Positions 25,626 to 35,714 of a DNA stretch of 64,000 bases are shown here, in pieces. The first letter of the stretch is position 1. Every line of letters starts with the position of its first letter. A model generated the notes under the pieces. The model was not told the origin of the DNA. It did no database searches and worked only from the letters and a program-made list of their open reading frames with translations. The stretch is from Methanobacteriota archaeon (GTDB lineage: Archaea; Thermoplasmatota; E2; DHVEG-1): contig CAVYNH010000005.1 of the NCBI GenBank assembly GCA_963769885.1, positions 96,001 through 160,000 on the forward strand, written 5' to 3'. A program made the position numbers and the translations under genes.

Positions 25626-27944
25626 CTAGCGCAACCTAAGGATGAACGGCCCGAGCAGGAACCCGCTCGCTGACTTGTAGGCGTCACCGATGTGCGCATT
25701 CACGGTCAGCGGGCCGAACCCGACGAGCAATCCGGTCGTCACCGTCGTCTCATTGCCAGGGCCAAGCGCGGGAATCATCCCGCTCATCCCCTTCATGATG
25801 AGCATGAGTGTGGCTTGTGGGTTCACGGTCCAGGTGATGTTGGTCAGATCAGCGTCAATCATGTTCTTGACCGTGATCTTGAGCTTTATGCCTCCTGTGA
25901 ACGCCGTGATGTTAATCTTGGGCATATCGTTGATTGTAATCTGGAGCGGATCCGACCACGCGCTACTGGACCCATTGACATCCTTCGCCATGACCTTGAC
26001 GTTATAGGTCCCGTACACCGGCCAGGCATGGGATGCGGACACTGTCTCGCCCGTGTCATAGGGTCCGATGAAGTCACTGGTGTTCCCATCGCCCCAGTCG
26101 AACTTCATGAGGATCTGCTGGCCCTCGGGGTCCGAGGGAACCGTGGCCGAATACGTGTAGGTGACGAACGTGACTCCTTCCGTCGGCCCGGTCGGGGCGT
26201 CCGGCGTGTTCGGCGGCAGGTTCGGGTTCGGCGTATCCCGCCAGACAACCGCGGAGGGGTCCCCGAGCAGGTTGTACTCCTCATAGTAGTATTTCGACAT
26301 CCCACCGCCGCTGTAGTAGGTGTAGACCTCGTGCAAGCCGTAGTTGGTCATGCCGCAGATGAACTCGATGTTTTCCACAAACCAGCCCTTGTACATCCCT
26401 CGCTCCAAGATATCGTCCTCGTCCCAGTAAGAGTAGTCGGTCGCGCCCCAGAAGGCGAATCCACCCTTATGAGGGGCACGAGTCCAGGTCTCCCCGAAGC
26501 ACTCCCCTACTGTGAACTGGTTGGTCAGGCAGGCGTGGCTGGCGACAAACGAATACATGCCGTCGTTCGTCAGGCTGTTGACGTTACTTTGGCTGAAGGC
26601 CGGCCCGCCCCATGACGTCTCAGACCCATGACCGGTGTAACAGACGATCCCCCGGCCGGCATTCACCGACGCCAGGACCTGCGCGGTCCCTGCCCCATAG
26701 GTATGAGCATAGAGCTTATCAGAGGTGAACCCAGCAGGGTCGAGATAGGTGGAAATAACGAAATTCTGCGTCCCCTCAGCTAGACTCCAATAGGTTCCAT
26801 CATCCGAAGCCGTCATCGCCGCCTTCTTAATCCAATCAGTCGACGGGAAGTCGCCCGTCTCGTAGTACACCGTCTTGTCGACTATCGTGGTCACCTGCGC
26901 TTCCGTCGACGCCGAGAATCGGCCGATGAAGACATCAGGGAAATAATCAGACCCAACCAATGTCGTATAATAGAGATCCGTGCACGTCCCGGTTTCCGTA
27001 CCGGTATAGGTGGGAATCTGCGGCGAATCCCCGACCAGCAGAACATAGGTGGGGGGTACCGGCCAGGTGGTATACGCCGTATTGATGTACGCCTTGATGT
27101 TCTCCTTTGTGACCCCGCCTGGGATCTGCGACGTCTTCGTCACCGTCACGCCATAACCCTGGGTGGTCTTCAAGTCGGCGAACGGCTGGATCTCCTCCAC
27201 GAACGAGTCGTAGACGATGATGAGGTACCCCTCAGTCTGCCGGGCCGGAACGCCCTGTTCAAGGGTCCCATAGTTGTCAAAGAAGTTCTGATCAAAGGTA
27301 TCGAAGGATGGCGAGCAGTACCGCGTAAGGACCGCCCGGGTTTGGTCCATATCGCTGCCCGGCAGATTGACCGAAATCGAGCAACTGGTCAACAGCCGCA
27401 CCTCACCGGTCACCGGGTTGTACTGGACCGGGGTGACCTCCACCATCACGGCCCGGTGCCCGCGGACTTCGCCGATGACCTGCGCCGAGGCGATGGCCGA
27501 GGGTTGGAAACCGTCAGCCGCATACGCCGCCGGGTTCATGGTAAACTCCGCCGTGGCCCCCGGCAGCTTCACCACTGACGACTGGACCGGGACGACAAGG
27601 ACTGGGACGCCCTCGGCGGCAAGCGATGTCTGCGTCCAGACCGCATCCGTAACCGTCACGACCGGCTGCGCCCCAATCGGAATCTCAAAAATGTAGGTAA
27701 TCATCGGTAGCTTGGGGTCACCGCGCACCACCGTATACCCCGTCGCCGTGGACGCCTCGATCGTGGCGAACGCCCCCTCCGAGAGCTGTACGCTGCCGAA
27801 GGTATACACAGGCTGGTCCACCGTGATGCGGATGCTTGGCTCTGATACAGGTCGTGCGACCACCGCGGTCGTGCCCGTCAGCAGCAGTATCAGGATGCAG
27901 CAAACGAGCTTAGAAAATCCAGATTCACTACTCATTAATATCAA
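25626..27944 (-). CDS. Secreted C25 (gingipain-like) peptidase with propeptide, PKD domain and C-terminal beta domain
   Basis: Signal peptide, YVLLVGD, TDLYY, PDVFIGRFS, catalytic YTGHGS and SHACL, YNLLGDP, PKD motif FDWGDG. Confidence 0.93.
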   Translation of the reverse strand: MILMSSESGFSKLVCCILILLLTGTTAVVARPVSEPSIRITVDQPVYTFGSVQLSEGAFATIEASTATGYTVVRGDPKLPMITYIFEIPIGAQPVVTVTDAVWTQTSLAAEGVPVLVVPVQSSVVKLPGATAEFTMNPAAYAADGFQPSAIASAQVIGEVRGHRAVMVEVTPVQYNPVTGEVRLLTSCSISVNLPGSDMDQTRAVLTRYCSPSFDTFDQNFFDNYGTLEQGVPARQTEGYLIIVYDSFVEEIQPFADLKTTQGYGVTVTKTSQIPGGVTKENIKAYINTAYTTWPVPPTYVLLVGDSPQIPTYTGTETGTCTDLYYTTLVGSDYFPDVFIGRFSASTEAQVTTIVDKTVYYETGDFPSTDWIKKAAMTASDDGTYWSLAEGTQNFVISTYLDPAGFTSDKLYAHTYGAGTAQVLASVNAGRGIVCYTGHGSETSWGGPAFSQSNVNSLTNDGMYSFVASHACLTNQFTVGECFGETWTRAPHKGGFAFWGATDYSYWDEDDILERGMYKGWFVENIEFICGMTNYGLHEVYTYYSGGGMSKYYYEEYNLLGDPSAVVWRDTPNPNLPPNTPDAPTGPTEGVTFVTYTYSATVPSDPEGQQILMKFDWGDGNTSDFIGPYDTGETVSASHAWPVYGTYNVKVMAKDVNGSSSAWSDPLQITINDMPKINITAFTGGIKLKITVKNMIDADLTNITWTVNPQATLMLIMKGMSGMIPALGPGNETTVTTGLLVGFGPLTVNAHIGDAYKSASGFLLGPFILRLR

Positions 27945-28389
27945 CCCTAGGTATTATAATATAAAGGAGAGCTTTTTATACATATCGCCCTGCCTGACGT
28001 AGGCATGGCACAGGGAAAGGCACCGTTCCGACCTTATCCACCTTAAAAGGAGAGGAAAAACCCTAGAATCCCTTCGGCGACGCCATCCCCAGCGCCACCC
28101 TGAAGCCCGCCGGCGGACGCACCAACGCCTCTTTTACGAGCCGCGTCAGCACCCGGCTCTCAACGACCGGGCCATCAACCCACAAATATCGAAGATGAAG
28201 CCGAACCACCGTGATCCCTACTAAGAAACTCATTGTCAAGCCCACACACCCGTACACCGATAAACACCCCCCCGGGAGCTGAAAAAAGCGTAACGCACGA
28301 ACGATTCCAACACAATCCAACACCCCCTTCACTCACTAGATTTAAGTAACGGAAAACGAATGCATGCCCCCTACCCGGGGACAACGCCC

Positions 28390-29793
28390 ATGACCCAAGA
28401 CCTCACCACCTTCTTCCAGCCACGCAGCATCGCCGTCGTCGGCGCCTCCAAAAACCCCACCAAAATCGGCCACGCCTCCCTCAAAAACATTCTCATCTCC
28501 GACTACGCCTGCAAACTCTACCCCGTCAACCCCAACGAAAACGAAATCCTCGGCATGAAATGCTACAAAACTGTCCTCGACATCCCAGGCACCATCGACC
28601 TCGTCATCATCGCCGTCCCCGCCCCCATCGTTCCCCGCATCCTCAAAGACTGCGTGAAAAAAAAGGTCGCCTGGGTCATCATCATCTCCTCAGGATTCAG
28701 CGAAATCGGCAACCACCAAGAAGAAGACGAACTCAAACAGATCATCGCCGGCAGCACCACCCGTATCCTCGGCCCCAACACCATGGGCTATAAAAACGCC
28801 TCCGCCGGCATCGACGCCTCCTTCGTCTTCGGCATGCCCCGCAAAGGCAACCTCGGCCTCATCAGCCAGAGCGGTGCCCTCGGCATGGGCATGATCTACC
28901 TCGCCAACAACGAATACGTCGGCCTCTCCAAAATCATCGGCGTCGGCAACAAAATCGACATCGACGACGACAACCTCATCACCTACATGGCCCACGACCC
29001 CGAAACCGAGGTCATCGGCCTCTACATCGAAGGCATCAAGCACGGCAGAGACTTCATGGCTAGCATCAAGGCCTGCGACAAACCCGTCCTCGTCGTCAAA
29101 GCCGGCAGGGGCAAGGCCGGCGCCCGCGCCACCGCCTCACACACCGGTTCCATGGCCGGCAGTGACGAAATCTACAGCGCAGCCATCACCCAAGCCGGCG
29201 GCATCCGCTGCCGCGACCTCGTCGAGCTCTTCGACATGGCACGAGCGCTCGCAGGCCAGCCACCCGCCCGCGGGAACCGCATCGGGATCATCACCAACGG
29301 CGGCGGACTCGGAATCCTCCTAACCGACGCCTGCGAAGCAAACGGCCTGGTCGTCCCCCCGCTCTCAAAGCAAACCTACGATCGGATGCGCAAGATTCTA
29401 CCTTCACTAGTCACCCCGAACAACCCAATCGACCTCGTCGCCGATGCAGGGTTCTACCGCTATTGGTCGTCCTCGCTTGCGTTGCTGCAAGACCCGAACA
29501 TCGACGGGATTATCGTCGCGTCCGTTCACGCCGGGTACGCCAGACCCAGGGAATACACGGGCGCGATCCAGAAGATGATCTTCCAGCAGAAGCTGCATCA
29601 TGAATATCAAAAACCAATCCTGGGCTGTTGGGTTGGCGGCCGGGAGTTTGAGGACCTCGTCCAGGACCTCAAGGCGGTCGGCGTCCCGATCTATCCATCC
29701 TCCTGGCGGGCAGCACGGGCGATGTACGCGCTGGTGAAAGAAGGCGAGCGGAAAGCGAGAAAGAGCCGGCCGAAGAAAAAGAAACCCTGCTAA
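28390..29793 (+). CDS. ADP-forming acyl-CoA synthetase alpha subunit (CoA-binding)
   Basis: FFQPRSIAVVGAS, YPVNP, ISSGFSE, GPNTMG, SQSGA, ASHTGS, TNGGG, NPIDL. Confidence 0.93.
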   Translation: MTQDLTTFFQPRSIAVVGASKNPTKIGHASLKNILISDYACKLYPVNPNENEILGMKCYKTVLDIPGTIDLVIIAVPAPIVPRILKDCVKKKVAWVIIISSGFSEIGNHQEEDELKQIIAGSTTRILGPNTMGYKNASAGIDASFVFGMPRKGNLGLISQSGALGMGMIYLANNEYVGLSKIIGVGNKIDIDDDNLITYMAHDPETEVIGLYIEGIKHGRDFMASIKACDKPVLVVKAGRGKAGARATASHTGSMAGSDEIYSAAITQAGGIRCRDLVELFDMARALAGQPPARGNRIGIITNGGGLGILLTDACEANGLVVPPLSKQTYDRMRKILPSLVTPNNPIDLVADAGFYRYWSSSLALLQDPNIDGIIVASVHAGYARPREYTGAIQKMIFQQKLHHEYQKPILGCWVGGREFEDLVQDLKAVGVPIYPSSWRAARAMYALVKEGERKARKSRPKKKKPC

Positions 29794-30101
29794 TCCACCC
29801 AGTCGACCCCGAGAATCGACTTCCAGTCAGTTTTTTTGTTCTTCCATCGCTCGACGGTTTCCTTGGAGAGGCAGTTCTGGCAGAGTCCAATGATGGTGAA
29901 GTAACAGGAGGGGCAGGTGGGTTTGCCGCATTTGATGCAGATGGCGGTAGCCTCGTTGGTGTCACAGACATGACATTTGCCGGTTGGCGGCTGGTTTTTG
30001 AGGACGGTGTTAATCTTGGCAGCGATCTTCCCTTGGTCTTTCTTGGAGATCCACTGCTTAAGGGCATCGTTCATCGTCGCGGTATCTGTCTCCTTCGTCA
30101 C
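29790..30101 (-). CDS. Small zinc-finger protein
   Basis: Eight cysteines: CHVC-CIKC-CPSC-CQNC. Confidence 0.7.
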   Translation of the reverse strand: MTKETDTATMNDALKQWISKKDQGKIAAKINTVLKNQPPTGKCHVCDTNEATAICIKCGKPTCPSCYFTIIGLCQNCLSKETVERWKNKKTDWKSILGVDWVD

Positions 30102-30153
30102 CAGGTATCGCCTGTTCCTTCCGTGCGTATAGTGAAAATCTTGGTTGGTTTGA

Positions 30154-30750
30154 TTAATGTTGTGTCGGCTGCCGGTGCGCCCTTCTCCAGAGGAGGTTTG
30201 CGGAGATGTGGATGAAGGGGGTGAGGACGATGAGAATGAGAAGGTGCCAGATGGTCAGGGTGTCGAGGAACCAGTTGACAGCGGTAGCGCCTGAGAGTTG
30301 GAGGATCGTGCTTGCGAGGAGGCTGAAGAGGAGTGCGCCGAGGAGGAAGTCAAATTGGTCGAAGGGGATCCAGTCGGCACCGCGGGCGATGTTGCAGCGG
30401 CGTTTGAAGAAGCTTTCGATGATGTCTCCGAGGAGGGCGCCGAAGCAGAGGGAGAACAGGATGGGGATCATGAGGGGGAATCCCTCGAAGTTGGTGAGGC
30501 TGAGGAAGGCGTAATCGCTGGTGTGGAGGTAGGTGGCGGCGACGGCGCAGCCGAAGCCGGCAATCATGCCCAGGAGCGTGCCGACGATGAGACCGTTCCA
30601 GGTTTTTCCGTCGCCGAGGATGCGTCGACCGTCGTGCCAGGTGCGGCCGGCGTCGATAGGTCGTCCGCCGCCGACGAGGACGGCGGTGGCGTTGGCGGTG
30701 TAGACGGGGATGATGATCCAAAAGGCTTGGGCCAGGACGGTGGGGTCCAT
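30154..30750 (-). CDS. carS: CDP-archaeol synthase (DUF46)
   Basis: ANA, PID.G...DGRRILGDGKTW.G, GDIIESFFKRR, DQFDF. Confidence 0.95.
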   Translation of the reverse strand: MDPTVLAQAFWIIIPVYTANATAVLVGGGRPIDAGRTWHDGRRILGDGKTWNGLIVGTLLGMIAGFGCAVAATYLHTSDYAFLSLTNFEGFPLMIPILFSLCFGALLGDIIESFFKRRCNIARGADWIPFDQFDFLLGALLFSLLASTILQLSGATAVNWFLDTLTIWHLLILIVLTPFIHISANLLWRRAHRQPTQH

Positions 30751-30774
30751 GGCTTGTGCGAATCCCCTAGTGTT

Positions 30775-31302
30775 TTAAAAGGCCTTTGCCGCGGCGGTGA
30801 GGGGGGTGCGGGTGATTTTAAGGCCGGTGTATTGGAAGCGGCTTGAGCGTTTGACGAGGGCTTTGAGAGCGGTGTTGGAGATATGGAAGTTCTCGGAGAC
30901 CTTGTTGGCGAAGGTGCCACTATCTCCGATGAAGTCGTAGATCTTCTCTTCGAGGTTTTCGAAGGATTGGTCGTCAAGGGAGGAGATGTTGAAAATCTCG
31001 CTGATCTCATTGACGGGGCAGGAGATGTTGATGTTGAAGAGGGAGTAGAAGGAGCGGTACATTTTTTGGGGTTTGCCGTTGACGCCTTCTTCCGGGGTGG
31101 TCCATTTGGTTTCGGCGAGCTTCATTTTTTCGAAGAATTCCAAGGCGTCGTGTCCCTCGTCGCCGAAGCGGGTGAGGATCATGCTGGAGGGGATCCAGTC
31201 CTTGGAGATTTCCATGAAGACCTCTTTTTTGACTGGAGAGTCGAAGGCGCGAATGATAGTTACGAGGTCGGTGGAATCGTTAATCACCTTGGTGCGAATC
31301 AT
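30775..31302 (-). CDS. Conserved archaeal ArsR-like wHTH protein
   Basis: Resembles a conserved euryarchaeal family (RTKVIND..DLV..RAFD, LAETKW, YRSFY, LKALVKRS). Recognised from memory. Confidence 0.7.
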   Translation of the reverse strand: MIRTKVINDSTDLVTIIRAFDSPVKKEVFMEISKDWIPSSMILTRFGDEGHDALEFFEKMKLAETKWTTPEEGVNGKPQKMYRSFYSLFNINISCPVNEISEIFNISSLDDQSFENLEEKIYDFIGDSGTFANKVSENFHISNTALKALVKRSSRFQYTGLKITRTPLTAAAKAF

Positions 31303-31482
31303 AGTCCGTCATCTTTTTATAAGAGCCGCCATGAATCGACTTGTTACCTATTTAAATTTTTTCAATACAACGGTAAACAGAGAATATTTATATATAATAA
31401 AAAAAATTTTACCTGGAAGGGGCTCCTCTCCGGCATGATGCAACAGGCATCCTCCATCGACAACCAATCAGAAAAACACAGA

Positions 31483-31554
31483 TGGACTCGTCGGGATTTG
31501 AACCCGAGGCCTCCCGCATGCCAAGCGGGCGATCTTCCGCTGATCTACGAGCCC
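31483..31554 (-). tRNA. tRNA-Ala(GGC)
   Basis: GGGCTCGTAGATCAGCGGAAGATCGCCCGCTTGGCATGCGGGAGGCCTCGGGTTCAAATCCCGACGAGTCCA folds as a cloverleaf with anticodon GGC and a G3:U70 pair. No intron. Confidence 0.97.
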
Positions 31555-31713
31555 TTCAAGAGAGACCTACAACACCGAAGGGCAAATAAAAGTTACTGGT
31601 GAAAAAAAACAAAAACAGAAAATCACGGCGCATCCACCCGACAACCGCCATACAAAAAAAACGGCACCCAGCCTTTAATACCGAGCACCCCGATACCGTC
31701 GGACACTGATCCC

Positions 31714-32334
31714 GTGAACATCAAGAAAAAAGACCTTGAAATCTCCCTCCAACAAGTCCCACCACCACCAACCCCGAACCCGCGCCTCGAACAGTACACC
31801 ACCCCTGCCCCCATCGCCGCGGACATCATCTTCACCGCGTACCAACTCGGAGACATCCAAGAACGGTCGGTCCTCGACCTCGGCTGCGGCACCGGCCTCT
31901 TCGCGGTCGGCGCCGCACTCGCCGGCGCAAAGGACATCGTCGGCATCGACATCGACCCCACCCTCATCGCCATCGCCAAAGCCTTCAGCACCCGCCATCA
32001 CCTCAGAATCACGTACCACGTCCAAGACATCAAGACCATCACCCAAAACGTGGACACCGTCCTCATGAACCCCCCGTTCGGCGCCCAGAAAGCGAACCAG
32101 GGCGCCGACCGCCGCTTCCTCGAAAAAGCCACCCAGATCGCCCCCGTCACCTACTCCCTGCACCTCACCAAGACCCTACCGTTCCTCCACACCCTTATCA
32201 CGGCCCTCCACGCCGACATCACCCTCGAACGCCCCTACCAATTCCCCATCCCCGCACAATTCACCTTCCACACCAAACTTAAAGCCACCCAGGACGTCAC
32301 CCTCCTCCGCATCGTGACACACCATTCAAAGTAA
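31714..32334 (+). CDS. METTL5-family N6-adenosine RNA methyltransferase
   Basis: LEQYTTP, VLDLGCGTG, MNPPFG, YSLH, FH.K. Confidence 0.9.
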   Translation: MNIKKKDLEISLQQVPPPPTPNPRLEQYTTPAPIAADIIFTAYQLGDIQERSVLDLGCGTGLFAVGAALAGAKDIVGIDIDPTLIAIAKAFSTRHHLRITYHVQDIKTITQNVDTVLMNPPFGAQKANQGADRRFLEKATQIAPVTYSLHLTKTLPFLHTLITALHADITLERPYQFPIPAQFTFHTKLKATQDVTLLRIVTHHSK

Positions 32335-32366
32335 CCCGAGAAAACCCGTCATCCCCTTACTAGAAG

Positions 32367-32469
32367 TTTTATTAACCCCGACTTATTCTCGGTAACCTAA
32401 ATCGGAGGCAGACCCACTCGGGAGAAAGAACCCGAAAGGCTAATAACGAAGTACAGTATCTGCTTTCGA
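32367..32469 (+). promoter_or_regulatory. TATA box and structured 5' leader of the uL15-secY operon
   Basis: TTTTATTAA at 32367-32375. 11-bp stem 32402-32412/32459-32469 enclosing a TCGGG/CCCGA hairpin. Confidence 0.55.
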
Positions 32470-32498
32470 CTCAACCAGTCAAGCACAAGAAAGGGATA

Positions 32499-32906
32499 GT
32501 GATCACTGTGGCACGGACTAGAACCAAACGATTCCGAGGCTCCATGACCCATGGCAAGGGCAAAAAGGGCGGCCGCGGCGCCGGTCTCAGAGGAGGCCGA
32601 GGCAACGCCGGCCTGCACAAGCACCGCTTCCTCGAGATGCTGAAATACGACCCCGACCACTTCGGCGTCCACGGGTTCACCCGAGAGCCAAGCCTCGTCA
32701 AACGCGACAAAATCATCAACGTCGGCGACATCGAAGAACGATACCCCGGCAAAAAACACGTCAACCTCACCGACGAAGGCTACGACAAGCTCCTCGGAGC
32801 AGGCCACATCGCTAACGCCTACACGATCACCGTCAAATCCGCTTCTCCCAAGGCAGTCGAAAAGATCGCGGCCAAAGGCGGAGAAGTCCAACTCCCCAAA
32901 GAGTAA
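32499..32906 (+). CDS. rpl15: 50S ribosomal protein uL15
   Basis: RGSMTHG.G...RGAG.RGGRGNAG..KH, INVG, KLLGAG, A.EKI...GG. The start may be GTG 32508. Confidence 0.97.
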   Translation: MITVARTRTKRFRGSMTHGKGKKGGRGAGLRGGRGNAGLHKHRFLEMLKYDPDHFGVHGFTREPSLVKRDKIINVGDIEERYPGKKHVNLTDEGYDKLLGAGHIANAYTITVKSASPKAVEKIAAKGGEVQLPKE

Positions 32907-32917
32907 GGTAATCCACT

Positions 32918-34465
32918 ATGGCGGAAGAAAAGAAAAGTCGACTCTATCTGCTAAAACCACTCGTTGAACGCTGGCCAGCGGTCTCCAAACCCGAAGTCCA
33001 CGTCAACTTCCGGACAAAAATCCTCTGGACTATCCTCTGTCTAATCCTGTTCTTCATACTCACCAACATCATGATCTACGGAGTGAGCGGCACCGTCCTG
33101 GACATGTTCGCAAGCTACCGCGCCATCATGTCAGGGGCATCCGGTTCTATCATGCACCTAGGGATAGGACCCATCGTCACTGCCTCCATTATCCTGCAGC
33201 TGTTCGTCGGTGCTAAGATTATTAAGCTTGACCTTACCAAGCAAGAGGACAAGTCCATCTACCAGGGCACCCAGAAAGTCCTGGTCATCGTCATGATCTT
33301 CGTCGAGGCCATCCCACAGGTCTACGGCTACCTGACGCCGAGCGACGGCCTCATTGGCCTCGTCGGCGGACGAGGCATGGCAGACCTTATCATCATCCTC
33401 CAGCTCTTCCTCGGCGCGTACCTCGTCTTCCTTATGGATGAGCTCATCTCCAAGTGGGGCATCGGCTCTGGAATCTCCCTGTTCATCGCCGCAGGGGTCT
33501 CCCAGCAGATTTTCACCGGCGTCTTCAACTGGCTGCCAGCCTACGCCACCCAACCAATGAGCCTCTCCAACCCGCCAGCAGGGACCATCCCGGGGACGTA
33601 CTACATCGCCTCACACATGAGTCTAGGAGATATGGTCGACGGCGGCTTCCAACTTATCTTCATCGGTCACGGCGGATTCGCCAATGCCATCGTACCGTTG
33701 ATGGGGACGATCGCGATCTTCTTCATCGTCAGCTATACGGAGTCCTCGCGCATTGAGCTGCCACTCGCGCACGCCACGGTCCGTGGCGCTCGTGGCCGTT
33801 ACCCGATACGCCTGATCTACTCCTCCAACATCCCCGTCATCCTGATGTCGGCTTTGCTTGCAAACGTCAACATGTTCGCCTTGCTGTTTTATACGCATCC
33901 GGCGCTTAGTAATCTGCCGCTGTTGGGGAAGCAATGGTGGATAGGAATCTACGATACCTCGTCAGGATCCACGATGCCCATCGGAGGAGGAGCGTGGTAT
34001 CTGTCAAGCCTCAATGGCGTCAACACCTGGCTGATGCCGATCCTTTCCGGAGGGTCGGGTGGTCATGCGCCATGGCAGTTCGCCGCGAAGGCGCTCATCT
34101 ACATCACCATCATGATCGCCGGCTCCGTCCTGTTCGCCAAGTTCTGGATCGAGACGACGGACATGGGACCGCAAGCGGTCGCCAAGCAGATCCAGGGCTC
34201 CGGGATGGTCATGCCCGGGTTCCGTCGAGACCCCAGGGTCTTGTCCCGGGTCCTTGAGCGGTACATCCCTGTCGTCACCGTCATCGGAGGTGCAGCGGTC
34301 GGTGCGCTGGCCGCGGCCGCGGATGCGGTCGGCACCGTCGGCAACGCCAGCGGGACTGGCGTGCTGCTGACGGCAGGCATCATGATTCAGCTCTACGAAC
34401 AGATCGCCAAGGAGCAGGCTATGGAGATGCATCCGATCTTGCGTAGCTTCTTCGGCGCTGAGTGA
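32918..34465 (+). CDS. secY: Protein translocase subunit SecY
   Basis: LGIGPIVTASII, SKWGIGSGISLFI, YPIRLIYSSNIP, PGFR, GTGVLL. Confidence 0.98.
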   Translation: MAEEKKSRLYLLKPLVERWPAVSKPEVHVNFRTKILWTILCLILFFILTNIMIYGVSGTVLDMFASYRAIMSGASGSIMHLGIGPIVTASIILQLFVGAKIIKLDLTKQEDKSIYQGTQKVLVIVMIFVEAIPQVYGYLTPSDGLIGLVGGRGMADLIIILQLFLGAYLVFLMDELISKWGIGSGISLFIAAGVSQQIFTGVFNWLPAYATQPMSLSNPPAGTIPGTYYIASHMSLGDMVDGGFQLIFIGHGGFANAIVPLMGTIAIFFIVSYTESSRIELPLAHATVRGARGRYPIRLIYSSNIPVILMSALLANVNMFALLFYTHPALSNLPLLGKQWWIGIYDTSSGSTMPIGGGAWYLSSLNGVNTWLMPILSGGSGGHAPWQFAAKALIYITIMIAGSVLFAKFWIETTDMGPQAVAKQIQGSGMVMPGFRRDPRVLSRVLERYIPVVTVIGGAAVGALAAAADAVGTVGNASGTGVLLTAGIMIQLYEQIAKEQAMEMHPILRSFFGAE

Positions 34466-34480
34466 CGAGGTGAGCCAGAA

Positions 34481-35029
34481 TTGGGCGTTATCGTCGTCAC
34501 CGGCATCCCCGGCGTGGGGAAGACCACGGTCATGAAGCAAGCGGCCAAAGGCATGGACATCAAGTTCGTGACCTTCGGCACCGTCATGAGCGAGATCGCG
34601 CTGGCGCAGAAGCTCGTCAATAACCGCGACGAGATGCGCAAACTCACCTTGGCACAGCAGCGTGACCTCCAAATCAAGGCCGCGAAGGAGATCAGCCTGA
34701 TGGGCAATGTAATCGTGGACACTCATTGTACTATTAAGACGCCGCAGGGCTACATGCCGGGTCTCCCAGAATGGGTCCTCCGGGAGCTGAAACCGATGTC
34801 GATCGTGGTTGTGGAGGCTGACCCCGAGGAGATTCATGGGCGGCGCGCCCGTGACACCACGCGTAGCCGTGACCCGGACACCAAGGAGCAGATTACAGAG
34901 CATCAGTTCGTGAACCGGGCGGTGGCTATGGCGTATGCGGCTTTGACCGGGGCGACGGTCAAAATCGTGTATAATCATGATAACGGATTGGATGAGGCCG
35001 TGAAGCAGGCAGAACCGGTGATCCGATGA
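34481..35029 (+). CDS. adkA: Archaeal adenylate kinase
   Basis: GIPGVGKTT, FGTVM, RDEMRKL, DTH, GYMPGLP. TTG start with a GAGGTGA RBS. Confidence 0.96.
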   Translation: MGVIVVTGIPGVGKTTVMKQAAKGMDIKFVTFGTVMSEIALAQKLVNNRDEMRKLTLAQQRDLQIKAAKEISLMGNVIVDTHCTIKTPQGYMPGLPEWVLRELKPMSIVVVEADPEEIHGRRARDTTRSRDPDTKEQITEHQFVNRAVAMAYAALTGATVKIVYNHDNGLDEAVKQAEPVIR

Positions 35030-35685
35030 GAAAGATGAATTCACAGGGGCAGCAGGCCGGGCAGATGCTGCTTATCATGCTGTTGTTGTTCATATTCATG
35101 TTTGTCTTCTGGAGCGCGAGTGTCCGTAACTTCGTCGCCAGTGGCCTGAATACCGGGCTTGCGCCGCTCATTGGGTTTGGCGGACATAACCCGTTGATGA
35201 CTATTCTGCTTGCGGGCGTCATCATGGTCTTTCTGTCGTCGCTGTTGACGCATGTCTTCACGGACTGGAAGGCGATGGGGAAGGCGCAGGAGGTCCAGCG
35301 GGCGTTCCAGAAAGAGATGAACAAGGCACGTCGCGAGGGCAACACGAACCGGATGCAGAAGCTGATGAAGATGCAGCCGGAGATAATGAAGATGACGACG
35401 TCCGCCTCCGGCGGGACCATGAAGGCGATGGTCTTCCTTTTCCTGTTCATTGCCCCTATCTTCATCTGGCTGAGCTTTTTCCTTGGCAGTGTGTCGTACC
35501 AATATTTCACGACGCCGTGGGCTATTCATGTGTCGTTGTTTGATAGGACGGTCGTTATCTCGAACTGGTTCCTCCTGTATCTGGTCTTCTCGTTCCTGGT
35601 AAGTTACTTGATCCGTCAGGTGTTGAAGTGGGTGAGCTGGTCGCAGTGGTGGATGAACCTGCGGCATCCCGTGAAATCCGGATAA
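35026..35685 (+). CDS. DUF106 / EMC3-TMCO1 (Oxa1 superfamily) membrane protein
   Basis: Conserved position after adk. TM-coiled coil-TM-TM layout. Confidence 0.85.
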   Translation: MRKMNSQGQQAGQMLLIMLLLFIFMFVFWSASVRNFVASGLNTGLAPLIGFGGHNPLMTILLAGVIMVFLSSLLTHVFTDWKAMGKAQEVQRAFQKEMNKARREGNTNRMQKLMKMQPEIMKMTTSASGGTMKAMVFLFLFIAPIFIWLSFFLGSVSYQYFTTPWAIHVSLFDRTVVISNWFLLYLVFSFLVSYLIRQVLKWVSWSQWWMNLRHPVKSG

Positions 35686-35714
35686 ATGGTTTTCCGAAAA
35701 AGTCGTGAAGCGGC

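Noticed and set aside
28080-28120. Resemblance of CCATCCCC...TGAAGCCCGCCGGCG to 5S rRNA
   Set aside because: It lacks CCGAAC, the 5' helix partners and a matching 3' half.
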